A stretch of 64,000 bases of DNA from Octopus vulgaris (GCA_951406725.2 OX597814.1:55862001-55926000), one strand, 5' to 3'. Counted from the stretch's first letter, positions 12,785-24,687 are shown. Program-made: numbers and translations. Notes: generated by a model not told the origin, from the sequence alone.

Positions 12785-13200
12785 CTTTTTAATGTACCTG
12801 TGTTCTATTGTTGACCAAAATAGTGGACTGCAGTCTAGAAATCAGAATAAGATTTTGTGCAGGAAGATTAGCCTTGAAGTCACTCAAAATGATATGGAAA
12901 GACTACAGCTTCAGTGAAAAGTATCAAGCTGAAACTTCTGGTTTGGCCACTTGTGTTATATGTCAGTGAAGTGCAGACCCAAAGGGTGGCTGACACAATC
13001 CATTAAATGCTGTGGTTCAGTAAGGTGGCTCATAGAATGACTTGTTCAGTCACTGAAATATAAGAGTGGACCAAAATCTGGTGATGGTGGTCAGATGACA
13101 AAAACTTTAATATTTTGGCCTTATAATCAGAGGCTGGGTAAAATGCAGATGGATTTGTGGGCAAAGAGACAGCGATAGCATGTCAGAGTATATGGCTGTG
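12785..13200 (+). mobile_element. RTE-clade LINE ORF2 fragment (post-RT region)
   Basis: With frameshifts reads YLCSIV..CSLEIRIR...KMIWKD..IKLKL.VWPLVLYVSE, matching RTE YLGS..EI..RI..IWK..K.KL..P..LYG.E.WT. Confidence 0.65.
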
Positions 13201-13451
13201 ATGCAAAACTAGTCTGTGCTGTAGAGTGGTGATTGTATTTGAGATCTCAGACTACTGATCCTCATAAGCATGGGGACATTTATTCACACACATACACACA
13301 CACATGCTCACACACATGTTAATATACATATTTGTCTGTGTGTTGGTTTGCTTTGGCTTCTTGAATCTTGCGAGAGTTGTAAGGTTGCTGGAATGGCATT
13401 TAAAATAGGCAGAGTCCATTCTTCTCTTGTGTGATTATAGTTGATTTCTTC

Positions 13452-13454
<3 letters not shown>

Positions 13455-13496
<42 letters not shown>
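13455..13496. repeat. (GA)n microsatellite
   Basis: Direct reading. Confidence 0.98.
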
Positions 13497-13499
<3 letters not shown>

Positions 13500-13751
13500 G
13501 AGGGAATGATAGAAAGAAAAGGAAGAATCAATACCAGTACTGGATTGGTACTTTGTTTCTCCATTCCAAAAGGATGAAAGGCAAAGTTGACCTTGGCAAG
13601 ATTTGAGCTCAGTGTGAAGAGGGATGGTACAAATATGGCAAAGTATTCTATCCTGATGCCCTGACAAGTCTGTCAACCAATGTCTGTGTGTGTGTGTGTT
13701 TATGAATTTGTGTTGCAAGATTTCTGATGTGAAACAATGTGTTGAAACAGA

Positions 13752-14149
13752 TATTGTAGTATTTTGGGGTGGTTATTGTTTTTTTTTTTTGCTTTTTTTT
13801 TTGCCAAATAAACACACGCACTATATAGTCGTACTTCACCCATTTATTACTATTCTTATTTTAACTCGTATCCATTGTCCAGAAATCTTTTGTCACACAT
13901 CTGTGACCTCTTCAGCAACACTTTTCATCCTCATGTGTGCTCCTGCTCTGCTTAGTCCATTCTCTAAGCAAAGCAGGAGCACACATGAGGACAGAAAGTG
14001 TCACTGAAGAAGTCACAGATGTGTGACAAAAGATTTCCAGACAATGAGTTACAATAAGAACAGTAATAAATGGGTAAAGCACCACTATATAGTGCGTGTG
14101 TTTATTTGGCAGAAAAAAAAAAAAAAGACCACCCCGAAATACAACAATA
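13752..14149. repeat. ~400-bp foldback palindrome, each arm with a hammerhead-like motif
   Basis: Arms of ~200 bp meet at cttag-tccattct-ctaag (8-nt loop 13956-13963). CTGAAGA-stem II-AAAA-GATT-TC occurs at 14004-14037 (+) and 13882-13915 (-). Confidence 0.92.
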
Positions 14150-14642
14150 CAAACACAAACACACACACACACACACACGTAGATACATATATATACATAC
14201 ATACAGACTTTCTCTCTATCTCTAACACACACACACACACACAGAATTTTGTCTATTTAGAGACAAAGAATACAGAAACGTTCAATACTCTCTGGTATCA
14301 GAAGTGTGTGCAATCTACTGTATGTTCATCATATGATACATTGATAACTTGAATGATTTTTAAAGAGTACTCAGTAAGCTTCAAGAAGGTTGCCTAGTCT
14401 CTTATGTCAAGTGTCATTCATCTTGCATCAGGAGGGTTGCCTTAAAGTTCATTCCTACTCAATCTGCTAATGAATACAATCTATGATAAAAGGTCAATTG
14501 CCTGATACCTTAAAGTAAGTATATGTATTCCTCTTTAACATATGACAAGCATATAAATATAAGTATGTATGTATGAATGTATGTATGTATGTATGCATGT
14601 ATGTATGTAGTGTAGTGTAGTGCAGTACAGTGCAGTGCAATG

Positions 14643-14900
14643 CAGTGTAAAGCCAAAAGTTTTGCAATATTTTGGTAACTTATTTACTTTATTCGTCAAA
14701 CGTTACAGCAAAAATAGGCTCACATTCAAAGTAGAGGCTATTGTGTTGCACCATCAAAAGCCACCTTTCTGCCAGTTCTTTGAACCCACACTGCTATTAG
14801 TTCTTGTCCTCTGAGGTAAAGAATTCCTTCACTGAAACTTCTACTCCCACCTCTTCTTGGTTGATGAAGCATTATGAGACCAGGTAATAAGCCATAAGTG
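14643..14900 (-). mobile_element. Truncated mariner 3' end
   Basis: Minus strand reads FINQEEVGVEVSVKEFFTSEDKN**QCGFKELAERWLLMVQHNSLYFE (mariner C-terminus), followed by a TIR-like end near 14643. Confidence 0.7.
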
Positions 14901-14932
14901 TGTGTATGTGTGTATATATATACATATATATA

Positions 14933-15311
14933 TTGTAGTACTCCATTGGTTACAAGGAGGGTTCCAGTTGATCTGATCAACAGAACAGCCTGCTCATGAA
15001 ATTAACTTGCAAGTGGCTGAGCACTCCACAGACACATATACCCTTAATGTAGTTCTTGGAGAAATTCAGCGTGACACAGAATGTGACAAGGCTGGCCCTT
15101 TGAAATACAGATACAACAGAAACAGGAAGAAAGATTGAGAGAAAGTTGTGGTGAAAGAGTACAGCAGGGTTCGCCACCACCCCCTGGTGGAGCCTCGTGG
15201 AGCTTTAAGTGTTTCTGCTCAATAAACATTCACAACACCTGGTCTGGGAATTGAAACCGCGATTCTACAACCACGAGTCCGCTGCCCTAACCACTGGGCC
15301 ATTGTGCCTCC
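14933..15311 (-). mobile_element. tRNA-derived SINE (family E), well preserved
   Basis: Minus-strand head GGAGGCACAATGGCCCAGTGGTTAGGGCAGCGGAC (A box)...GGTTTCAATTCCC (B box); flanked by microsatellites. Related fragment at ~63830-63930. Confidence 0.8.
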
Positions 15312-15325
15312 GCACACACACACAC

Positions 15326-15361
<36 letters not shown>

Positions 15362-15520
15362 TTGTATATGTGTATATATATATATATATACACACACACA
15401 AACGCACACACACACACACATACACACCATACAAATAGATGTCATCATCATATTATGTCCATATTACTATTCGTGTGTGGTTTGAACAAATTTTGCTCTT
15501 CACAAAGTCATGGTACTTAC

Positions 15521-15825
15521 TAAAAATAAGCATTTTCTGTGTAATGTAAAGTTCTTATTTTTACTTTCTCTATGAGCTCATTGCATCTAATTTTCTTAGT
15601 GACCATCAGACCACTGAGAGAAGAACCCTGTAAAAAATGTTGGCATGCTCTTGACAGTTGAATGCCAGGTGTAAGCCTTTTTTTTTTTTGCTGTTGTCCC
15701 ACTAAGTTCTCAGTAGTTACTTGTCCAGGGTACCCTGTTAATTCTATAAATTGGTCCATCAGTTTAATGCTTCTGTTGTTATTCTTTTTAAAGATTCCCC
15801 ATTGCTCTTGTAGCAATGATACTAT
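15521..15825 (-). mobile_element. Decayed RTE/RTE-X-like LINE ORF2 fragment
   Basis: IFKKNNNRSIKL, KAYTW and LIEKVKIRTLHY align by eye to the IWKSNL.R.IKL, GAYTR and KIR.RRL.F.GH motifs. Confidence 0.45.
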
Positions 15826-15869
15826 GAGATATACATATACACACACATATATGTTTATATGTATACATA

Positions 15870-17127
15870 CAGAGGTTGGACAAAATAATGGAAACACCTA
15901 GCATCATAAGTTTGAAATAGCTATAAAACCATCAAAAGCTTGTTAATTTTAATGTTTTTTTTATTTATTACTAGTGTTGCTTAATATGTTTTGCTACAAT
16001 TGCTTTTCTTTTCAGATATCACCAGAAAAAGGTAATTCAAATTCATTAAAATGACAGATCTGTCAGACTTTCAAAGAGGTCAAATTGTTGGTGCTCGTAT
16101 GGCAGGTGCTAGCGTAATGAAAATAGCCAAAATGTTTGGTGTATCAAGAAGTACTGTCTTGAAAATAATGACAGCCTTTGAAAAAGAGGGAAAAACCTCA
16201 TCATTGAAACAAAACTTTTGAAGAAAACCAAAACTTTCAGATGGGGACCATCGAACTCTTACGCAAATTGTTAGAAAGAATCACAAAAGTACAGTTCACA
16301 AAATTACTGCAGAGCTTAATGACCTCCTCAAGAACCCAGTTTCCACAAAAACTGTTTGCCGGGAGCTGCACAAAGCTAGATTTCATGGGAGGGCTGCAAT
16401 CAGAAAACCACTACTTTCAAAAACAAACGTTGCAAAGTGTTTAGAGTGGAGTAAAAACCTACAGAATTGGTCCCTAGCACGGTGGAAGAATGTTAATTTC
16501 TTGGACGAGTCATCCTTTACCCTATTTCCGACTATCAGCTGAGTATACGTGTACAGACAATCAAAAGACGCATTTGACCCAGACTGCCTTCTTCCAACTG
16601 TTAAACATGGAGGATCTGTGACGATCTGGGGGGGGCTATATCTTGGAAATCCGGCGGCCCAATGGTTTCCCTTCATGGTAGAATTAATAGTCAAGTCTAT
16701 TTAAGCATTTTATCTGATCAAATTCATCCTATGGTTGCGGAACTGTTTCTGGAGGGAAATGCAATCCTTCAGGATGATAATGTACCGATTCACACAGCTA
16801 AAGTTGCTACTGAATGGCACGAGGAACATTTTAGTGGCGTTGATCATCTTATCTGGCCACCACAGCCCCCTGATCTCAATATTATTGAACATTTATGGTG
16901 CATTTTAGAAAAACAAGTAAGGAGTTATCCTCCATCATCACTACAAGAACTAGAGACTGTTTTAGCTGAAGAATGGACAAAAATTCCTTTGGAAACAATT
17001 CAAACTTTGTATGAGTCCATACCTCATAGAATTCAAGCTGTAATTACTGCCAAAGGTGGTCCTACCCCATATTCAAATAAATTTATTTGAAATTTTAATG
17101 TGTTTCCATTATTTTGTCCAACCCCTG
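15870..17127 (+). mobile_element. Tc1-like DNA transposon, DD36E (Incomer-type), full length 1258 bp
   Basis: 28-bp TIRs CAGAGGTTGGACAAAATAATGGAAACAC / CAGGGGTTGGACAAAATAATGGAAACAC (1 mismatch); TA TSD at 15868-9 and 17128-9. Confidence 0.95.
16051..17090 (+). pseudogene. DD36E transposase pseudogene
   Basis: MTDLSDFQRGQIVGARMAGAS...FLDES...QDDNVPIHT...PDLNIIEHLW with 36 residues between D and E. TGA stops at 16219 and 16540; frameshift in the G run near 16630. Confidence 0.93.
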
Positions 17128-17159
17128 TATATGCATATGCATGTAAATATATGTATATA

Positions 17160-17161
<2 letters not shown>

Positions 17162-17212
<51 letters not shown>

Positions 17213-17228
17213 ATGTGTGTGTGTGTGT
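17162..17228. repeat. (TG)n microsatellite
   Basis: Direct reading. Confidence 0.97.
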
Positions 17229-17759
17229 ATATGTAAATGTATATATATGTATGTATATATGTATGTAACTCTGCACACACACATCAAGATATTGACAATG
17301 ATACCACTTTACCAGTTGCTTAGGACATCTCACTTATGTATAAACATACAAACCTGTATTTTAATTGCTTTGTATACATTTCACAGCAAGATTAAACAGT
17401 ATATTTACTGAAAGTACATACTTTACGTTTCCACTTATCTTGAACCACTGCGTAGTACTCTTATTATCTAATATGTATGTATATGCTACCATAACCACCA
17501 ACACTACTGTCACCACCATCTCCTCCTCTCCCTGCTCATCCTCAACCTCCTCCTCATCATCATCATCATCATCATCATTATCATCATCCTCATGACCATC
17601 AGTAATTTACATTTACTCTGCTATGACAGCATATGTTGGTTGAGTTTTTGAAACTGTTTTACAGTCAAACACCTTCCCTGTTGCCCAGCAATTCAAATGC
17701 CTCTTATAACATATAGAGACATGGTGTTCCTGTTCTAAAACTTGATCACTTACAGTATA

Positions 17760-17803
<44 letters not shown>

Positions 17804-17827
17804 TATACATATGTAAGTATTCATGTG

Positions 17828-18210
17828 AAGTCACATGACTCAGTGGTTATAGTGTTGGACTTATAATTGTGAGGCTGTGAGTTCAATTCCTGAACTGGGC
17901 TGTCTGTTGTGTTTGTTCTTTGAAGATACTAGCAGTATTATCCTTGCAGACGAGAGAGACACTTTATTTCACAATGCTCCTGTTCAGTCAGTTGTAGAAA
18001 TCACTTATGACACCATGTGTGCCAAGCTGTATTAGCATTTGTCTTTCCCTTGGACAACATTGGTGGTGTGCAGAGGGAAGATTGATATGCATGGGCGACT
18101 GCTGGTCTTCCACAAAAAAACAACCTTGCCCAGACTTTTGCTTCAGAGGGGAACTTTCTATGTGCAATCCCATGGCCACTCATGACCAAAGGGGGCATTT
18201 AACCCTTTAT
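17828..18210 (+). mobile_element. tRNA-derived SINE with LINE-like tail
   Basis: A box tgactcagtggttatagtg, B box gagttcaattcc; 3' part ends gaccaaagggggcatttaacccttt. Confidence 0.6.
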
Positions 18211-19083
18211 GCTTCTGTACAGGAGTTGAAGATGGTGCCAATAGATGACCCATAACTATGAGTCATACAAGAAGGTAGTCTGAATGATGGCTCTGTATAC
18301 AATGATCTTGGTCTTTTTCTTCAGATGTTTATTATTCCAGACCCTTTTGTGCAACTTACTGAATGCACAGTTTGCCTTGGCCAGTCTATTTTGGCAGTTG
18401 ATGATATGGTGGTCTGTTCTTGTTACTGATCATGAAGTCTGGCCTCTCACTGTCTACCAAACATAAACCTCCTTTGAAAATACTCACAGGACTATCCTTG
18501 CAGACAAGAGAGAGAGGAGGAAAAACAGGGACACTACAATCAGCCTTTATCAGCCTACTTTCCCATGTGGTCTCTATGGTCATGCCTGTTTGTTACCAAA
18601 TTGGACTCTTTAGGCATCAGCAAGCTTATAGCAGATGTAGATGGCTCCCTCTGTAAAACTTCATTCACAAAGATAAGCCATGATGTATGTATGTACATGT
18701 ATATATGTGTATATATATATATGCATGTGTATATCATCATTATCATTATCATCGTCGTTTAACATCTACCTTTCATGCTGGCATGAGTTGGATGGTTTGA
18801 CTGAGGGCTGGTGAGCCAGAAGGCTGCACCAGGCCCCATATCTGATCTGGCGAAGTTTCTACACCTGGATGCCTTTCCTAACGTCAACCACTCCAAGAGA
18901 GTAGTGGGTGCTTTTACATGCCACTGGCATTAGGGCGAGTCAGGCAGTACTGGCATTGGCCATGCTCAAATGGTGCTTCATACATGCCACCTGTACAGGA
19001 GCTAGTCTGGCGGCAATGACAACGACCATGCTCGAAAAATATGGAACGCATCACAAATTTGCATATGTGTGTGTGTGTGTATG

Positions 19084-19549
19084 TTGGGTCATCCCATAAA
19101 TAATGCAATTTTTTATACATCTTTTAGTTTTCAAAATTAAGATAAACAAAGTTCTTTTTTAATCTAAAATATACTCTCTTTCATTTTCTACAATGCTCTA
19201 CCATTTATCTTGCAAGGCCCCTCTTCCAAAATTCACTTGTCTGTGATGTAAAATACTCCTCCAGTACTGTTTGGACCTCATCTAAAAAATTCATATTTTT
19301 TTCTGTCCAAATGAGTTTGAAGATTGCAGAATAAATGATATTCAGATGGGGCAATGTCCTGTGAATATGGTGGGTAGGGCATTGTTTTCCATTCAAACTT
19401 CACCAGCCTTTGGAATGTTATCTTCTCGTTGTATGTAGCTGAGCATTATCCTGGAGTTACTACCTGCTTTTATAGCAAGTAGTTTATTCCATCCCCCTAC
19501 AACTTTTAGGTCATGCATTTGAAAAAAACTGCATTATTTATGGGATGAC

Positions 19550-19553
<4 letters not shown>
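19084..19553 (-). mobile_element. Internally deleted mariner (470-bp non-autonomous derivative)
   Basis: ~30-bp TIRs TTGGGTCATCCCATAAATAATGCA at both ends. Minus strand retains QDNA and EWKTMPYPPYSQDIAPSEYHLF plus FWKRGL. Confidence 0.9.
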
Positions 19554-19591
<38 letters not shown>

Positions 19592-20684
19592 CATATATAT
19601 AAGTTCAGCAAAAATTTAGATTCAAATGAATATGGTACTTAATTTAGATGCACCAGAATTCTGTAAGGTGTTATCCATAAAAATCCGTGGGGTGATTATA
19701 ATCAAATATATGCATGTAAGTGTGCACACATGTGTGTGTGTTTGAATATGCATGTTCTTATGCATTTCTGCACATGCACAGACTGACAAGTAGACAGACT
19801 CCTTTTTCTCAGTTTAGCTACTTTTCTTAACCGACTTTGTATTTGAATGTACTAAATCCAATTATTTTCTGAAGAATTATGTCTCTTAAAATAAAAATAA
19901 AACAACAAACAAATTCTAAGCATTATTTAAATATAAAAAAACTCCCTTAACTTATAGGAGCTTAATAATAGCAACTTTCTACTTTTTTTATCATTCCTAA
20001 GAATATTTTATGGATTTATATTATTTTGTTTCAGATATTTTTTTGCACTTTAACATATGCTGCTCATACATATATTGGTAAGAGTAGCAAATGACTCTAA
20101 AATAGATGCTGCACTTAATTTACGGTTGGTTAGTTTGTACAATGCTCCAGCAATTTATGCAAATATTCAAATTACAAGAAGCATTTAACTCCTTCAAGCA
20201 TACCAAAGCAGATGTAGAAAGATATATATCAAAAGTCTAGAAGAATAATGTGAATAGATGAAAAATGTATAGAGAATGAGGTGAAGTAATGGTAGAAATT
20301 GCACGTAAAACTTGTGAAGAAGTAGTTTAGTTTAGATGTCAGAAGGTGGAGCCTTATTGATAAAACTGATACAGGATTAAGTTGTATGGAAAAATACTGA
20401 ATAAATAAACAAGTTCAAATCTTATCAGCACGGACAGATTGGTATTGAAATAATTATGACAATGACAATAAAGATGAAGATGATCTCGGACTTAGGAAGC
20501 AATAGATGTATACACGATTTATTTATCAGAGAAAGTTTGGAAATTCCCACAGGCTTTTCATGTCCTTCTGTGTTGGGTTATAAGAATATAATAATAACTG
20601 TTGTGGTTGCTGGATACTTTGTCTTAAGAAACTGATAATTGGAGAACAAACATAGAAGAGAAGAAGAAGGAAGACAACAAAACT

Positions 20685-20850
20685 CAGCACAAGTAATGCT
20701 CTGTGGTTAAGAAGCACTCTTTGCAGCCATGTGGTTTCAGGTTCAGTTCCAATGTACAGCACCTTTTTCAAGAGAATTGTCTTTCACTATAGCTCTGATC
20801 CTGTGAGTAAATTTGGTAGATACAAACTGCATAGAAGTTTGTTGTTTATA
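20685..20850 (+). mobile_element. SINE family A head
   Basis: tgtggttaagaagc...caggttcagttcc...gtgagtaaatttggtaga, ending in the TA tract that hosts the DD37D element. Confidence 0.7.
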
Positions 20851-20864
20851 CGTATATATATACA

Positions 20865-22151
20865 CAGGGTGCAATGATTAAATTGTTGCCATTTTATATG
20901 TTTAATTTCGTGCATGTGCATTGTTTGTTTTTGATTTTGTTGACTACATAGTATAGTAGGGTCAGTTGGGCCCTGCCTGTGAGAAAAACAGCACCATGAT
21001 GCAATTCACTCTCCCAGAAATTTGGAAACAATGTGTTGTACTGCTTTGCATTTGCACTGGAAGCTCCAATGCAAACATTACAGAGTGTTTGGGTGTCAAT
21101 CTGAGGACAGTGCAGAGAATTCAGAAAGAGTTGGATGAGTCTAATGGTGACTATGAAAGTACGGCAGCTCAGAAAACTCACTCTGATCATTCTAATTAAG
21201 AAAAGAACTTCTGAATTTGTTGGTGAGATCCAAACCATGATTGACAATGAGCCCTCGAAGTCAATCAGATCCATTTCCAGGGACATGGGATTGTCTGACT
21301 TTCTTATCAGGCAGATAGTTCAGGAAGACATTCAATATTCCTCGTACAAGATGAGAAAGGGTCAATTTTTATCCCAAGCCATTAAGGACATAAAGAAAGA
21401 CCATACTACAAAGCTTTTGAACAAACTCAAGCATCACCTCCAACAAAACATGCTTTGGTTTTTCTCAGACGAGAAAAATTTCTGCCAGGATCAGATGGTG
21501 AACACACAGAACAACCGTTGGCTTGCCATGTCCCCAAAACATGTACCAAAAGTGATAAAAATCAAACATCCAGTCAATATCTTAGTGTTTGGAGTAATCA
21601 CTAATGATAGTGATGTTATGTCTCCATTCATCTTCCCATGTGGCCTCAGACTCAACACAGAGGCCTACATCAAGTACCTGGAGGAGGTAGTGCTGCCCTG
21701 GGTCAAGAGGGTGGCTGCTGGAAGACCCTATGTCTGGCAACAGGACTCTGTACCATGCCACACAAGTAGGAGAACCCAGCCATGGCTGTCAGATAATTTC
21801 TGTAACCACATTACCCCTAACATCTGGCCACCTAACTCCCTAGACTGCAACCTTCTTGATTATTATGTGTGGGGTGCAATTGAGCAAGAGACCAACAAAA
21901 CTCCTTGTAATACCAAAGATGAACTGAAGGCAAGAGTTATGGTAGCATTCACCAACTTAAACAAGGAGACTGTCCAGAAGAGTTGCAGGAGATTCTGAAG
22001 TCATCTGGAGGCTGTGGTTCAAGTCATGGGGATTTTATTGAATAAATTTACTCTTTAGTATTTAATTTTGGTAAATATATCTATTAAAATGAAATGTCAG
22101 TGTTATTTTCATTTTTGTGTAATTCGATGACAATTTATTCACCACAACTTG
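20865..22151 (+). mobile_element. maT-family (DD37D) DNA transposon, full length, decayed
   Basis: Degenerate TIRs CAGGGTGCAATGATTAAATTGT / CAAGTTGTGGTGAATAAATTGT (rc) inside TA-rich flanks; transposase inside. Confidence 0.9.
20996..22045 (+). pseudogene. DD37D transposase pseudogene
   Basis: HTH-like start (LGVNLRTVQRI), frameshift near 21195, then FSDEK...QQDSVPCHT...WPPNSLDCNLLDYYVW with 37 residues between D and D. Premature TGA at 21996. Confidence 0.92.
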
Positions 22152-22199
22152 TATATATACACACATACATATACAAATATATATATAGGTAAAAAAAAG

Positions 22200-22428
22200 A
22201 TAGTTTCCTTCTTGAGTCATGCTGACTCATAAGGGCCGGTTTCACAGTTTCCATGGTGTATATATTTCCCACCTGGATGGGGTGCCAGACTATTGCAGGA
22301 TTACTCTTTTTTGCCTGTTGAATGGACTGGAGCAAGGTGAAATGAAGTGTTTTACTCAAGAACCAGTCCAGGAATTGAAGCCACAATCTTATGTTCAACA
22401 CCCTAACCACTAGGCCACTATGCTCTTC
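22200..22428 (-). mobile_element. tRNA-derived SINE (distinct family)
   Basis: Minus head tagtggcctagtggttagggtg...ggcttcaattcc, CORE-like cttgagtaaaacactt, then ctggcaccccatccagg...gaaaccgg. Confidence 0.65.
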
Positions 22429-23260
22429 AACAGAAAGGAACACAGAAATAAACAGGGAGAGAAAAGAAAAAGAAATCATGGTGATTTTATTCAATAAATT
22501 GAATAAAAAAATTGTGTGTGTCTTTCTGTGTATGTATGTATACTATATGTATATATATATGTCTATGTATGATATATTATTATATATAGAGAGAGCAAGA
22601 GGTACATGCTCACACATACAATGTGTCCAATTAATATAGTAACAAGATTAACATATACAGCAGGATTGATGGTAAGTGCTTTATTAGTACTATACTTATA
22701 TTGTCTCCAACTTGTACAAACAGTTGGGCATTTAAGGCTAATCTAACACTTGGAATAGAGTTAAGATATAACAAACATACTTCAAAATAAATGCTTACAA
22801 ACTAGCAATTTTAATTCAGCAACTTGTATTTGCTCTGTTGTTCTAACTTTTATGAATGACTGGGCGGGCGTTTAAGGTTAATCCATTATTCGGTACAGTT
22901 CCCAGCTCTGACTCACTTTAGATTAAATAAATTACAGTAACAAAATTAAATAGTGACAGCAAACAAGCAGACTAAATTCATTTTTGTCAGATGCTCTTAA
23001 CAGATTTGGCATTTAATTTTTCCATTTTGATATGTTAAACTCATCAAACAATAATCTATTGAACTAATTATTATTTTTCTCATTAATAAGTTTGGTTAAA
23101 TGAATCAAATTATTATTAGTATAGTACAATGAATATAATGTTAATTAATACCCCTTAAACTGAATTAGAATTTTGAAACAAATAAGGCACATTAAATTGT
23201 GTACATTTTCTACTTCAACATGCTGCTAAGTGAAACAATATATATATATATATATATATA

Positions 23261-23455
23261 TGTGACCTCGTGAAGACCACTTGCATTTTTTTTCCCTCTG
23301 TACTCCCACCTTGGGATCTTTCTTTCTCCTATGTTTCCGACGAAGAGCTCCGCTCGAAACGTCATATCCTCCTTCTTCCCTTCTTTCCTGAGCGCCCAAT
23401 AATACTTTATTTGTTCCACATCCTCACGTTGTTGTCATTTTGTTTTCTTGTTTGG

Positions 23456-23463
<8 letters not shown>
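23261..23463 (+). mobile_element. ~200-bp hammerhead-motif element inserted in (TA)n (Penelope pLTR/retrozyme-like)
   Basis: CCGACGA-A-GAGC-TCC-GCTC-GAAA-CG-TC at 23337-23363. Shares gctcgaaacgt and ttcctgagcg with 53678-53870; TA arrays on both sides. Confidence 0.7.
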
Positions 23464-23501
<38 letters not shown>

Positions 23502-24179
23502 CATTACATCGTCATCATCAACATCATTTAATGTCCACCTTCTATGCTAGCATGGGTGGAACAGTTTCACAAGAGCTGTCCAAGCAGAAGCCTGCACCAA
23601 ACTTCTGTGACTGTTCTGGCAGGATTTTTACAGCTGGAAGCCCTTCCTAATATCAACCACTTTACAGTGTGCACTGAGTGCTTTTAAGTGGCACCTGCAC
23701 TGACAGGGTCACCAAGTACTTGCAAGACAAAAAAAAAGAACTTTCAAGAGGAGAGGAGGCATTGGAGGAGGTGATCTTGTGTCAGATGATGAAAGGTTAT
23801 AGTGAGACAGAAACAGATGTCTTGCTGTAGAGGAAGTACAAGGTTACCTGGTTGGAGAGAGAGAGATCAGGAATGAAGACAGAAACAGGTACACTACCGC
23901 AAAAGAAATACATAGTTACCCTACCTGAGGGAAGTGGAGGAGAAGGAGAGAGAGAGAGAGAGAATGGAAGACAGCAGGATAGAGATGGTGGTAAAATGCC
24001 AGGTATACTCACAAGGGACAGGGGATCAGAATATAAATGAGATGGTTGAATAAAAGAAGAGAGAGATGTAGATGGTGGCAAGTGCCAGGGCATACTATTG
24101 AGTTTCGAATGCCATAATATTGTGAAGGAAGTGTGATTAAAGAGTGTGAGTAAGTGGCAAAAAACCTGGGTATATATAG

Positions 24180-24605
24180 AGTCAGGGAGCTACTGGATAG
24201 CAATGATACAAAGGAAAAGGGCCGTGAAGACAGGATTGGGGAGTGAGAGCTAGGCATAGTGTATGAAGGAGGAAATGTGAGAAAGAGAAGAGATGTGGAG
24301 ATGTAGTTTGGTTTGTTAGTGAAGGGTAAGGGAAAAGTTTCCTTGTTACGTGTGGGTGGAACACACAGGTCAGGGCTAGCAAATAGCAATAATACAGTGA
24401 GATAAGGCATGTGGGTAGAACACACAGGTCTGGGGCAAATGGAGAGCAATGATACAGTGGCACAGGGCCAAGAGGACAGGATTGAGGAGTGGGAGGTAAG
24501 CATAGTGCATGAAGTGGAAATGTGAGGAAGAGATGTAGTTTGGTTTGTTGTGGTAGAGTGTGTGAGAAGTTTTCTTGTTAAGTGTGGGCGAGACACACAG
24601 GACTT
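24180..24605. repeat. Degenerate purine-rich direct repeats
   Basis: agcaatgataca...acaggattg...gcatagtg...gagatgtagtttggtttgtt...acacacagg occurs at ~24180-24370 and ~24430-24605, with a short unit between. Confidence 0.8.
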
Positions 24606-24639
24606 CTAGAACTCAGTTTCACTGATGTGGATGGATTTT

Positions 24640-24687
<48 letters not shown>

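Noticed and set aside
15240-15311. tRNA gene
   Set aside because: A and B boxes are present, but it continues into a SINE body with no acceptor-stem closure or terminator; the same applies to other SINE heads.
15521-15627. 107-nt minus-strand exon candidate with strong splice sites (ttttttacag / gtaagta) and an open frame
   Set aside because: The surrounding translation matches decayed RTE-like LINE motifs; exonisation cannot be excluded without RNA-seq.
20035-20077. 43-nt plus exon candidate IFFCTLTYAAHTYI (ttttgtttcag / gtaaga)
   Set aside because: Good splice signals, but isolated and unassignable; such matches arise by chance in 64 kb.
21135-21998. 287-aa ORF as an intact gene
   Set aside because: It is the frameshifted, prematurely terminated part of the DD37D transposase.
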